Assembly: GCA_002269645.1 (NCBI GenBank)
Contig: NIVC01002057.1
Coordinates: 90,912 to 154,911, forward strand
DNA: 64,000 nt
Reading direction: 5' to 3'
From: Macrostomum lignano
Taxonomy: Eukaryota
Below, one piece after another: positions 1-17,505 of the stretch (position 1 is its first letter; each line of letters opens with the position of its first letter). The notes under the pieces are model-generated. The model searched no databases. It was not told the DNA's origin and was given only the letters and a program-made list of their open reading frames with translations. The position numbers and the translations under genes are program-made.

Positions 1-1
1 A

Positions 2-1956
2 GTCTACACGCCTCCAGGACGCCGCCATGAAGGCTCGTTTTCGTTGGGCATCGCCAACAAAACCTTGACACATTTTGGTAAACTGTTTGGCACGAATTAT
101 CCCCTGTCTAAGATTGACCTCGTGTCCTTGCCAGACTTTCCCAGCGTGGCCATGGAGAACTGGGGCCTAGTGCTCTTCCATGAGCCCAGCTTGCTGGCAT
201 CGAAAGACACACCAGAGGCACTTCGCGCATTCGTTGCTACGACCGTGATTCACGAGCTGGCTCACCAGTGGTTCGGCAATCTAGTTTCGCCCGCCTGGTG
301 GTCCGACCTTTGGCTAAACGAGGGATTCGCCACTTGGTTGTCATACAACGAATTAGACGCAATTCGGCCTGGCTTGATCGACTCGCGGAGCTGGTTCGTG
401 AGCACCGAGCTGCTGAGCGCCATGAGCGACGACGCTCTGGAAGCTTCGCACCCGGTCGAGGCCGACGTTCATCGACCGGAGGACACGGCGGAAGTGTTCG
501 ACTCGATCAGCTACGGCAAAGGCGCGGCCCTCGTTGGCATGCTGCACGACTGGCTGGGACGCGAGAACTTCTTCGCTGGTCTGCGCAACTACATTCGTCG
601 GCATCGATTCGGCAACGCTGCCACCAGCGACCTATGGAAGGCGCTACAGGAGACGCTCAATGACAGACCCGCTGGAGAACCGTCGATAGCGGAGGTGATG
701 CACGACTGGACAACGCGGAAAAGCTTCCCGGTGATTTTCGCTTCCATTAAGACTGACGAATCTGGTTGCAATTTAAGACTCAGACAGAGCCGCTACCGTC
801 TGCCAGGAGCGATCGCCTTCACGACCGGTGGCTTTGGCGCATCCCGATCGTGATAGCAACGCAGGACGGCGACGTTATCAGACGGGTCATGACCAGATCG
901 AGAATGACTATCCAACTGCCTAACTGCGGTTGGGCCATGCTTAATCCTAATGCTACTGGTTTCTATCGAACCTCTTACCCGCGGAGTCTGATGACCGAGC
1001 TGCTGAGAGAAGCAGTCAGAGGCGGCATCAGACCATCGGGTCGTTTATTGCTGCTGGATGATGTGTTCGCGATGCATGCAGCGGACCGAGTCTGGGCGGA
1101 GGACCCACTGTATGCTGTACATGTGTTGCGTCACGACTCCAGCCTACAGGTGTGGACAAACATGCTGAATCACCTAAAAGAGATTGGCAGTGCAGTGCCA
1201 GTGAATAACAAGAAGGCTTTAAAAAACTGGCAGCGCTATGTTTACAATTTGTGCTTGACTCGATTGAGAGCTCATAACAGCGTTGGGCTGAAGAGTCTGC
1301 TAACAACTTGTTTGGGTTCTGTGGGCGATAGAGACGTAAAAAACTGGGCAGTGAAAGCGTTTCCTCGGTGGCTGAATGGCACCAGACCGGACACTATTTC
1401 GCCAGACTTGTGGAGCATCGTCTGCCGAATCGCAGCTGGTGGCAGCAGCGGCGGCATCGGCGTGTCGCATTTCTGGCATCTCTTGTCGGTATTGAATCGC
1501 ACACAGTCGATAGCCCGACGAGAGGAAATCATCGGCTGTCTGGGTGCCTTTGAGGACAAGAAGCGGCCCGAAGTGGAGAAACGGCTGATCTCTCTGGCGC
1601 TAGGCCCGGAGCTGCAAGCTTCAGAGGTGCTTTGTCTGGTCGACGGTCTGAGCTCCAGATCGGTTTGGCGTCTCCTCACTCGACACTGGACTGCGATTGC
1701 GCGTCGCTTCGAAGGTCCCTACATGTTGAAACGCCTGATAAACGGACTTGCGTTTCGTTCAACGTCGGGTATCCGGCGTGTCCGACGGTTCTTCCGAAGC
1801 CACTCGGCTGTTGGAATTCAAGACGCCGTGCGGCGGCAGATTGAGCGACTCAGCGTGGCAGCGGAGCGAGTTGGAAAGGACCGGGTGGAGATGCGAGTTT
1901 TGGTTAATCGGGTGTTGGGTGGGCGTAACAGCTGGAAAAGACTCGGTTGGGATTAG
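2..1956 (+). CDS. M1-family (puromycin-sensitive/ERAP-like) zinc aminopeptidase, C-terminal part; 5' end outside the window; one -1 frameshift near 808
   Basis: Frame is open from base 2 (VYTPPGRRHEG...). Contains xAMEN (VAMENWGL), HELAHQW-x18-E (LWLNEGFA) and the catalytic Tyr motif FDSISYGKG. The ERAP1-C-like part (WRIPIVIAT, LNPNATGFYRTSY) continues in ORF 766..1956. Stop TAG at 1954-1956. No introns in this stretch. Confidence 0.88.
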
Positions 1957-2016
1957 CAGCATTGCTTGATGTGACTTTTACTCAGTTGACTGTGAACAAG
2001 CGATAATTTAATTCCA

Positions 2017-2022
2017 AATAAA
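2017..2022 (+). terminator. Candidate poly(A) signal of the aminopeptidase gene
   Basis: AATAAA about 60 nt after the stop codon. Confidence 0.45.
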
Positions 2023-2858
2023 AGACATAGGTTCGTTTAGTTTGCTTTTAAAGCCTAAAAGAAGGACTAAATTGTTTGATCTAGGATTTCCCGGAAATTC
2101 GCCGTTTCCTATCCTGCTAGTGCATTTTGTAGCAAACGGTTGCCTTTTATTAGTGCTGTCGAAATTCGATGTCCTAATTTCTTTTCAGATAAGGTATTCT
2201 GTTTGTCTGTTTCTCTGTCTGTCCTTCTGTCTGTCTATCCCGCTGCAATATAATTTTTGCTAGTCAATTCAATTTTGTTGCTTCCCTGTTAAAGGTACCC
2301 GTACCTGCCACAACAAAATATCTACAGAATCATACACTTCGGAAAATGAGCACTTGGCAATGTAAGCAGCCCCGCATTACTCGTGAGCACTTCTTTTAAG
2401 ACTAGCGCACATTGACTCAAGTTGTCATGCAGTAAAAACACTTCCAGTAGAAACTGGATTGTCAGCTTCAGTGCTCCATTTGCTTTCGCAAATTTCGTCT
2501 CTCCGGAAAGGCAGCAACGCTAGTTTTATTATTCTTTATTATCGTACTTGCTCTCCAGTAACATACTGCCAACTCTTCTAACTCTAAGAATGAGAGACTG
2601 CACACTTGCTCGTTCTCTTCCTCTCCTTCGCGCTTGGCTTGCATAAATGTCTAACAGAAATTGCGTACACACGAGTCTATTATCAGGGAACAGTAATTGG
2701 ACAGTCCTCGAAGATCGAAAATATAAATTTTAGCGCTCAGAACGGATTTGCGCTGCAAGCGCGCAATTGCATTCTAGTTTGTTAATTTGTGTATAAAGGT
2801 GTGTCAGATTAAACTCGACTTGCTGGATCAGGAAAACATCGCCCTGACTGATCGGGGC

Positions 2859-5800
2859 ATGGAGAATTACTCGGAAAGTAGCGGCGGTAACGACGCCGGA
2901 GACAGCGCAACTGTGTCCGCACCTGAGCCTGGCTACGACATACCGCCGCACAGAACGACCAGAAGGGCTGCGCCGCCGCCACCCCCGCTGACAAGCGATC
3001 AGAACGAATTTGACAACGCTAGACAGCCGACAAGCCCAAGCCGAATTCGAAGCGAAGAAGATTACCGACTGTGGCTCGAGAGCAACTTTCAACATTACTT
3101 TGATCAGCACGAAGCCGAAGGTGGCATTCCAACTCGACAGCTTGTGGAAATACTTTGTACTGACCAAAATGCTGACCGACTTCACCAGAGGAAACTCAGT
3201 CGACTGATGACCGACATGAATGCCAATCCGGATGGCAGAGTGTCCTGGAAGGAGTTCTTCTCCAAGGTTTGTCTTTTGCGCGAATATTTTGCTTTAAATT
3301 ATTACACGATAACCTTATATTCAAGGTGACAAGCTTTTCGTCGCCACGCGTTGAACTTTACCCGAGAATCCTCTGCTGTAGTGTGGTTTCTGTACGATTC
3401 ATGCTGTTTTTAATGCAAAAGTACATTTTGGAGAACTCTATCTATACTGGCTTCGAAGTAAACCTTTGCAAAACGTTGAATAACTTTAATGAAAAACGGA
3501 GGCAGAGCAGTAAAACACATTATCCAGATGAGGTACGAAGTTGCACCCAATGGCATGAATACTGATGGATAACCAAAGAAATCACGATAGTTTTTTGCGT
3601 CTTTATTAAAAAATGTTAATCAAAACTCGGTAACAGCGAATATCGATGTGACCAATAAGGACAGGTTTTTTTAATTAGTTTCATATACGAGCCATATATT
3701 TTGTCTTTCAGTTAAGACAAGTCATACATCGTACTAAAATAATTTAATTTAGTCAGTGTCACACTGAGTTGGTTTCTGTGACTGTGACGTTTTACTTCAA
3801 TTTAATAATATTAGGCTACGTGCTTTCTGTGCACTTTGCACAAACCCCAGTAACTAAGTAATCCATCTATTGTACATGCAGCTTAGAGAAGCCTGTGAGG
3901 GCCACTGCAGACGTCTCTTATCTATTTAAACATTAACGGACCCTTGTAGCCTAAACTAGCTATCGACTTTATGGAATAGCTCGTATAAAATGCGTTCTGA
4001 CCGTGCTTACCAAATATCTACATAACCAATACTTTCTCCCATAACCAAATAACAAATGCAGTTAACCATCACCCGGCGAAAAGACCTCAGCCGCACGCAG
4101 CTATTTCTAGTGGAATTAATTCGAGCAGCCGTGCCAGCCGTTGAGCGTTACGAACAAAAACAAATTTTCAGGTGGACTGGCGTAGATCAACTGGACGGTG
4201 CTGAGAAGGAGACAGACTACGAATCATATCTGGAAGCTTACAACTGCAGACCGCCGTCTATCTTTATTCCTGTTTGTTGCCTTGCTCAGGTACTTCGTAA
4301 GCTATTCTGACAGTGGATAATGAGCTACCAGTCCGCTCGTATATTAGAAACCTTTTACTAACGACCTGTCAGTATTAGCTGATGACCCTGTAGCTTTTCC
4401 ATGCAGTGCTGTCCTGTTAGTATCATCACTGACGACCCTGTAGCTTTCCCATGCAGTGCTGTCCTGTTAGTATCATCACTGAAGACCCTGTAGCTTTCCC
4501 ATGCAGTGCTGTCCTGTTAGTATCATCACTGACGACCCTGTAGCTTTCCCATGCAGTGCTGTCCTGTTAGTATCATCACTGAAGACCCTGTAGCTTTTCC
4601 ATGCAGTGCTGTCCTGTTAGTATCATCACTGAAGACCCTGTAGCTTTTCCATGCAGTGCTGTCCTGTTAGTATCATCACTGAAGACCCTGTAGCTTTTCC
4701 ATGCAGTGCTGTCCTGTTAGTATCATCACTGAAGACCCTGTAGCTTTCCCATGCAGTGCTGTCCTGTTAGTATCATCACTGAAGACCCTGTAGCTTTTCC
4801 ATGCAGTGCTGTCCTGTTAGTATCATCACTGAAGACCCTGTAGCTTTCCCATGCAGTGCTGTCCTGTTAGTATCATCACTGAAGACCCTGTAGCTTTCAT
4901 GCAGTGTTGTCCTGTTAGTATCATCACTGAAGACCCTGTAGCTTTCAAATGCAGTGTTGTCCTGTTAGTATCATCACTGAAGACCCTGTAGCTTTCAAAT
5001 GCAGTGCTGTCCTGTTAGTATCATCACTGACGACCCTGTAGCTTTCCCATGCAGTGCTGTCCTGTTAGTATCATCACTGAAGACCCTGTAGCTTTCCCAT
5101 GCAGTGCTGTCCTGTTAGTATCATCACTGAAGACCCTGTAGCTTTCCCATGCAGTGCTGTCCTGTTAGTATCATCACTGAAGACCCTGTAGCTTTTCCAT
5201 GCAGTGCTGTCCTGTTAGTATCATCACTGAAGACCCTGTAGCTTTCCCATGCAGTGCTGTCCTGTTAGTATCATCACTGAAGACCCTGTAGCTTTTCCAT
5301 GCAGTGCTGTCCTGTTAGTATCATCACTGAAGACCCTGTAGCTTTCCCATGCAGTGCTGTCCTGTTAGTATCATCACTGAAGACCCTGTAGCTTTCAAAT
5401 GCAGTGTTGTCCTGTTAGTATCATCACTGAAGACCCTGTAGCTTTCAAATGCAGTGTTGTCCTGTTAGTATCATCACTGAAGACCCTGTAGCTTTCAAAT
5501 GCAGTGCTGTCCTGTTAGTATCATCACTGACGACCCTGTAGCTTTCCCATGCAGTGCTGTCCTGTTAGTATCATCACTGACGACCCTGTAGCTTTCCCAT
5601 GCAGTGCTGTCCTGTTAGTATCATCACTGACGACCCTGTAGCTTTCCCATGCAGTGCTGTCCTGTTAGTATCATCACTGACGACCCTGTAGCTTTCCCAT
5701 GCAGTGCTGTCCTGTTAGTATCATCACTGACGACCCTGTAGCTTTCCCATGCAGTGCTGTCCTGTTAGTATCATCACTGACGACCCTGTAGCTTTCCCAT

Positions 5801-8800
5801 GCAGTGCTGTCCTGTTAGTATCATCACTGAAGACCCTGTAGCTTTCCCATGCAGTGCTGTCCTGTTAGTATCATCACTGAAGACCCTGTAGCTTTTCCAT
5901 GCAGTGCTGTCCTGTTAGTATCATCACTGACGACTCTGTAGCTTTCCCATGCAGTGCTGTCCTGTTAGTATCATCACTGAAGACCCTGTAGCTTTCAAAT
6001 GCAGTGTTGTCCTGTTAGTATCATCACTGAAGACCCTGTAGCTTTCAAATGCAGTGTTGTCCTGTTAGTATCATCACTGAAGACCCTGTAGCTTTCAAAT
6101 GCAGTGCTGTCCTGTTAGTATCATCACTGACGACCCTGTAGCTTTCCCATGCAGTGCTGTCCTGTTAGTATCATCACTGAAGACCCTGTAGCTTTCCCAT
6201 GCAGTGCTGTCCTGTTAGTATCATCACTGAAGACCCTGTAGCTTTACCATGCAGTGCTGTCCTGTTAGTATCATCACTGAAGACCCTGTAGCTTTTCCAT
6301 GCAGTGCTGTCCTGTTAGTATCATCACTGAAGACCCTGTAGCTTTCCCATGCAGTGCTGTCCTGTTAGTATCATCACTGAAGACCCTGTAGCTTTTCCAT
6401 GCAGTGTTGTCCTGTTAGTATCATCACTGAAGACCCTGTAGCTTTCCCATGCAGTGCTGTCCTGTTAGTATCATCACTGAAGACCCTGTAGCTTTCAAAT
6501 GCAGAGTGGTCCTGTTAGTATCATCACTGAAGACCCTGTAGCTTTCAAATGCAGTGTTGTCCTGTTAGTATCATCACTGAAGACCCTGTAGCTTTCAAAT
6601 GCAGTGCTGTCCTGTTAGTATCATCACTGACGACCCTGTAGCTTTCCCATGCAGTGCTGTCCTGTTAGTATCATCACTGACGACCCTGTAGCTTTCCCAT
6701 GCAGTGCTGTCCTGTTAGTATCATCACTGACGACCCTGTAGCTTTCCCATGCAGTGCTGTCCTGTTAGTATCATCACTGACGACCCTGTAGCTTTCCCAT
6801 GCAGTGCTGTCCTGTTAGTATCATCACTGACGACCCTGTAGCTTTCCCATGCAGTGCTGTCCTGTTAGTATCATCACTGAAGACCCTGTAGCTTTTCCAT
6901 GCAGTGCTGTCCTGTTAGTATCATCACTGAAGACCCTGTAGCTTTCCCATGCAGTGCTGTCCTGTTAGTATCATCACTGAAGACCCTGTAGCTTTCAAAT
7001 GCAGTGTTGTCCTGTTAGTATCATCACTGAAGACCCTGTAGCTTTCAAATGCAGTGTTGTCCTGTTAGTATCATCACTGAAGACCCTGTAGCTTTCAAAT
7101 GCAGTGCTGTCCTGTTAGTATCATCACTGACGACCCTGTAGCTTTCCCATGCAGTGCTGTCCTGTTAGTATCATCACTGACGACCCTGTAGCTTTCCCAT
7201 GCAGTGCTGTCCTGTTAGTATCATCACTGACGACCCTGTAGCTTTCCCATGCAGTGCTGTCCTGTTAGTATCATCACTGACGACCCTGTAGCTTTCCCAT
7301 GCAGTGCTGTCCTGTTAGTATCATCACTGACGACCCTGTAGCTTTCCCATGCAGTGCTGTCCTGTTAGTATCATCACTGAAGACCCTGTAGCTTTCCCAT
7401 GCAGTGCTGTCCTGTTAGTATCATCACTGAAGACCCTGTAGCTTTTCCATGCAGTGCTGTCCTGTTAGTATCATCACTGACGACTCTGTAGCTTTCCCAT
7501 GCAGTGCTGTCCTGTTAGTATCATCACTGAAGACCCTGTAGCTTTCAAATGCAGTGTTGTCCTGTTAGTATCATCACTGAAGACCCTGTAGCTTTCAAAT
7601 GCAGTGTTGTCCTGTTAGTATCATCACTGAAGACCCTGTAGCTTTCAAATGCAGTGCTGTCCTGTTAGTATCATCACTGACGACCCTGTAGCTTTCCCAT
7701 GCAGTGCTGTCCTGTTAGTATCATCACTGAAGACCCTGTAGCTTTCCCATGCAGTGCTGTCCTGTTAGTATCATCACTGAAGACCCTGTAGCTTTACCAT
7801 GCAGTGCTGTCCTGTTAGTATCATCACTGAAGACCCTGTAGCTTTTCCATGCAGTGCTGTCCTGTTAGTATCATCACTGAAGACCCTGTAGCTTTCCCAT
7901 GCAGTGCTGTCCTGTTAGTATCATCACTGAAGACCCTGTAGCTTTTCCATGCAGTGTTGTCCTGTTAGTATCATCACTGAAGACCCTGTAGCTTTCCCAT
8001 GCAGTGCTGTCCTGTTAGTATCATCACTGAAGACCCTGTAGCTTTCAAATGCAGAGTGGTCCTGTTAGTATCATCACTGAAGACCCTGTAGCTTTCAAAT
8101 GCAGTGTTGTCCTGTTAGTATCATCACTGAAGACCCTGTAGCTTTCAAATGCAGTGCTGTCCTGTTAGTATCATCACTGACGACCCTGTAGCTTTCCCAT
8201 GCAGTGCTGTCCTGTTAGTATCATCACTGACGACCCTGTAGCTTTCCCATGCAGTGCTGTCCTGTTAGTATCATCACTGACGACCCTGTAGCTTTCCCAT
8301 GCAGTGCTGTCCTGTTAGTATCATCACTGACGACCCTGTAGCTTTCCCATGCAGTGCTGTCCTGTTAGTATCATCACTGACGACCCTGTAGCTTTCCCAT
8401 GCAGTGCTGTCCTGTTAGTATCATCACTGAAGACCCTGTAGCTTTTCCATGCAGTGCTGTCCTGTTAGTATCATCACTGAAGACCCTGTAGCTTTCCCAT
8501 GCAGTGCTGTCCTGTTAGTATCATCACTGAAGACCCTGTAGCTTTCAAATGCAGTGTTGTCCTGTTAGTATCATCACTGAAGACCCTGTAGCTTTCAAAT
8601 GCAGTGTTGTCCTGTTAGTATCATCACTGAAGACCCTGTAGCTTTCAAATGCAGTGCTGTCCTGTTAGTATCATCACTGACGACCCTGTAGCTTTCCCAT
8701 GCAGTGCTGTCCTGTTAGTATCATCACTGACGACCCTGTAGCTTTCAAATGCAGTGCTGTCCTGTTAGTATCATCACTGACGACCCTGTAGCTTTCCCAT

Positions 8801-11030
8801 GCAGTGCTGTCCTGTTAGTATCATCACTGACGACCCTGTAGCTTTCCCATGCAGTGCTGTCCTGTTAGTATCATCACTGAAGACCCTGTAGCTTTCCCAT
8901 GCAGTGCTGTCCTGTTAGTATCATCACTGACGACCCTGTAGCTTTCCCATGCAGTGCTGTCCTGTTAGTATCATCACTGAAGACCCTGTAGCTTTTCCAT
9001 GCAGTGCTGTCCTGTTAGTATCATCACTGAAGACCCTGTAGCTTTCCCATGCAGTGCTGTCCTGTTAGTATCATCACTGACGACCCTGTAGCTTTCACAC
9101 GCAGTGCTGTCCTGTTAGTATCATCACTGACGACCCTGTAGCTTTCCCATGCAGTGCTGTCCTGTTAGTATCATCACTGACGACCCTGTAGCTTTCACAC
9201 GCAGTGCTGTCCTGTTAGTATCATCACTGACGACCCTGAGGCTCCCAGGATTTCCTGTTAGCGAGCTACAGTCTCGTAATAAAACCCGTACCCACAATCG
9301 CCCAGATAATCTGCTTTATAGTCTACGCAGTGGAACTGAACAATGGACCAGACGTGAACAACCGTGTTGGTTGGGCAACCGGTCTTCCCTACTATTCTCC
9401 GCTACTCTTCAGTCCGCAAAAGAAGAAAGAGGCTTGGCGATTTATAAGCTACATGCTTCTACACTGCGGCTATCATCATCTATTGTTTAACTTGGCTATT
9501 CAACTTCTGCTGGGCGTACCGCTAGAGTTGGTGCACAAAGCTTGGCGCGTAGGGCCCACCTATATGGCTGGTGTATTGGGTGAGAAGTTGAGTCACTGTT
9601 GCTAACCTAAATATCCATCTGACTCGTTTCTATATAGTATATGCTGGATGTTTTTTAAGAATCGAGACCTTTTGTGTGAAAAAAAGCCGAGGTCCCTTGC
9701 CTAACAATAGAAGTTTCCAATTTCCAATGATTTAGTCTTCTCTGATCTTTGCATTTCTTCTGCCTTAAAAATTCAGCTCCTGAGCTCCTGTCTAGCGAGT
9801 TCAGCTCCTGTCTAATAGGTTCAGCTCCTGTCCAATAGGTTCAGCTCCTGTCTAACAGGTTCAGCTCCTGTCTAATAGGTTCAGCTCCTGTCTAGCGAGT
9901 TCAGCTCCTGTCTAATAGGTTCAGCTCCTGTCCAATAGGTTCAGCTCCTGTCTAACAGGTTCAGCTCCTGTCTAATAGGTTCAGCTCCTGTCTAGCGGGT
10001 TCAGCTCCTGTCTAATAGGTTCAGCTCCTGTCTAATAGGTTCAGCTCCTGTCTAATAGGTTCAGCTCCTGTCTAATAGGTTCAGCTCCTGTCTAGCGGGT
10101 TCAGCTCCTGTCTAATAGGTTCAGCTCCTGTCTAATAGGTTCAGCTCCTGTCTAATAGGTTCAGCTCCTGTCTAGCGGGTTCAGCTCCTGTCTAGCGGGT
10201 TCAGCTCCTGTCTAATAGGTTCAGCTCCTGTCTAATAGGTTCAGCTCCTGTCTAATAGGTTCAGCTCCTGTCTAGCGGGTTCAGCTCCTGTCTAGCGGGT
10301 TCAGCTCCTGTCTAATAGGTTCAGCTCCTGTCTAACAGGTTCAGCTCCTGTCTAGCGCGTTCAGCTCCTGTTTAACAGGTTCAGCTCCTGTCTAGCAGGT
10401 TCAGCTCCTGTTTAACAGGTTCAGCTCCTGTCTAGCAGGTTCCTCAGTTCTTGTCTAACAGATTCGGCTATTGTCTAGCGGTAATGTTTAAAAGTAGTAA
10501 TAGTCCATGTCTATCAAGTTCACGAGTCCTACCGTATCGCGCCCTATGCAACAGGCGGTTCTGTATGCTCGGCGGTGTTCGACCACACAACGGCCTTAGT
10601 GGGTGCTAGCGGCGGCTGCTACGCGCTGATGGGCGCGCACATCGCCCTGGTGGTGATGAACTGGAAAGAGACGCAGCACGAGTGGCTGAAATGCCGAAAG
10701 CCGTCAATTGAAGGCGGCGGAATCGGCAGCGTTGCCCAATTCCTGCTCAGCGGAGTGATGCGTCTGGTGTTCCTTCTGCTGCTGCTGGCGCTGGACTTCG
10801 GCGTCGCTCTCTACCAACGCTACGGCTTGAACGAGGATACACGAGTCAGCTTTCTGGCTCACGCAGGCGGTCTAATATTCGGCTTCCTGGTTGGCATTCC
10901 GGTGTTAAAAAATCTGGACAAACTGCCTTGGGAGGTCTGCATGTTCTGGATCTGTCTGGTCATCGGCATCTGCCTGATGGTGGCAGCCGTGTTGTATTTG
11001 GGCGTGTCTGACTTTATTGGAACTTACTAA
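2859..11030 (+). CDS. Rhomboid-family intramembrane serine protease with N-terminal EF-hand (RHBDL/Rho-4-like), about 461 aa
   Basis: join(2859..3266,4062..4289,9306..9579,10555..11030) = 1386 nt, GT-AG introns with matching phases. EF-hand DMNANPDGRVSWKEF, WR motif EAWRFISY, HCGYHHLLFN, catalytic GASGG and SFLAHAGG. Confidence 0.92.
4360..9238. repeat. 50-bp minisatellite (about 97 units) in rhomboid intron 2, with a 1550-bp higher-order duplication
   Basis: Unit agaccctgtagctttcccatgcagtgctgtcctgttagtatcatcactga. Rare variants recur exactly 1550 bp apart. Confidence 0.97.
9772..10465. repeat. 20-bp minisatellite in rhomboid intron 3
   Basis: Unit tcagctcctgtctaataggt and variants. Confidence 0.95.
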
Positions 11031-11189
11031 CATTAGGTGGGAAGCTTTGACTGGATTTCTCACATTCAGGGAAATGTCGCACACGCGTCCACTATGCACA
11101 GTATTTTATATGAATAGCAACATGTGCTAGAGGGATTTGAGTCAGGGATTTGGAGACCGTCAAGTACGATCAAAAGCTGGGTGCTCAAG

Positions 11190-11363
11190 CTTGGTCACGA
11201 ATCTCGAATCACAGGTGTCAGAATTGGTCACGAATCTCGAATCACAGGTGTCAGACTTGGTCACGAATCTCGAATCACAGGTGTCAGACTTGGTCACGAA
11301 TCTTGAATCACAGGTGTCAGACTTGGTCACGAATCTCGAATCACAGGTGTCAGACTTGGTCAC
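11190..11363. repeat. 33-bp tandem repeat (about 5 units) downstream of the rhomboid stop
   Basis: Unit cttggtcacgaatctcgaatcacaggtgtcaga. Confidence 0.9.
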
Positions 11364-11954
11364 AACCTTTAAATTTCCGAAGTTCGAACGAGAATCGCTT
11401 AAAATCTTTCGACTTATTAATCGGAAAGCGGCGTGTATAAATTAAAACATTTTATATACACGCACAATACAATAAGGAAATTATGAATTCCTGATTGCTC
11501 GTAAAAGACTATATTTTTATCGGTTGTGCTTGTGCTGTATATGTGCAAATGTTTACATCTTATAATTCAGTGAGAATTTCTACCAAAAATTTTAATGCAG
11601 TGTTCAACGCGTATCTTATTTTGATAAACGGAATTGATATTTTTAGTTAATCCAGTTCAGTGCTTGCGCTCGATTGGACACAGGTAACATGTGGTGTAGG
11701 TGTAGTTATTCAAATTCTTGACAAAGATAAACAACACCTTTTAATAATTCTACCAAAGATTTAAGCCGTTGCATAATATAACACTCGTAATACTAGTTTG
11801 TATTACACAACAGTCAAACGGAATTGAGATAAACCTGTTGCTACTTTTGTATATACAATAATATACCGCATGCTGTAACCCAATTTTCAGTTGTGGCCAC
11901 TACGCAAAAATTAGTTCAAATGAGTCTGACTTGATTCTTCTGTGTCTGTGGTGT

Positions 11955-12130
11955 TGGCTTGAGTCAGTGAGTCAGTGAGTGGCCTTTTGTTTAGTTTTAC
12001 AGGCCAGCTTCTCTCGCGAGCCAGAGTTGAATGTGGTGACGCTTTTCAGACGTAGACGCACCCGAATGTACATTGTGGCCTGGTCGTAGTTCGTATGTAC
12101 ATTGAGAGACGCAGTTATAGCGGGGGCGAC
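11955..12130 (+). promoter_or_regulatory. Possible promoter of the CNNM-like gene
   Basis: CpG-containing patch with two tandem TGAGTCA (11960-11966, 11968-11974) and TCTCGCGAG (12012-12020). Motif-only evidence. Confidence 0.25.
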
Positions 12131-12399
12131 CCGTGTAGTTTTCTCTTTGTGTACATTGATTGGGCTTGCAGCGATAAGGGGTGGTGAGCGAGACCCCCCC
12201 AGGCCGAGAGGGAGTGAATGTACATTCAGTTTCAAACTGAACCCCCTTCCCTTCCCCAAAAGCCAAATTGGGCTCGAAGGCGAGTTGCAAGCTCTCATAT
12301 ATATTCAGAAAGTTATTCAGCGAAACTCTGGAGAAACAAATCAGCTGTTAACAGCAAAAAGCGCTCGTTCTGATACAGTTCCAATCTATCTTACTCTGG

Positions 12400-17158
<4,759 letters not shown>

Positions 17159-17184
17159 GGCGAATTAACCCGCACTCTAGGTCG

Positions 17185-17505
17185 AACCTCACTCCCTGAC
17201 AATGTCTGATCTCTGATTGGCTGAGCGCTCGGCTTTATTGCTCTACCAACCTCACTCCCCGACAATATCTTCCTATCTCTGATTGGCTGAGCGCTCGGCT
17301 TTATTGCTCCACCCACCTCGCTCTCTGACAATATCTTCTTGTCTCTAGCTGAGCGCTCGATTTTATCGCTCCACCCACCTCGCTCCCTGACAATATCTTC
17401 TTGTCTCTGATTGGCTGAGCGCTCGGTTTTATCGCTCCACCTACCTCACTCCCTGACAATATCTTCTTGTCTCTGATTGGCTGAGCGCTCGGTTTTATTG
17501 CTCCA
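17185..17505. repeat. 66-bp tandem repeat (about 5 units) just after the CNNM stop
   Basis: ctgattggct recurs at 17213, 17279, 17407 and 17473. Confidence 0.88.

Noticed and set aside
780-830. Programmed -1 ribosomal frameshift in the aminopeptidase
   Set aside because: No X XXY YYZ slippery site at the crossover; a single missing base explains it.
4360-9238. CRISPR-like regular array
   Set aside because: Head-to-tail units without unique spacers, no cas genes, and located in a eukaryotic intron.
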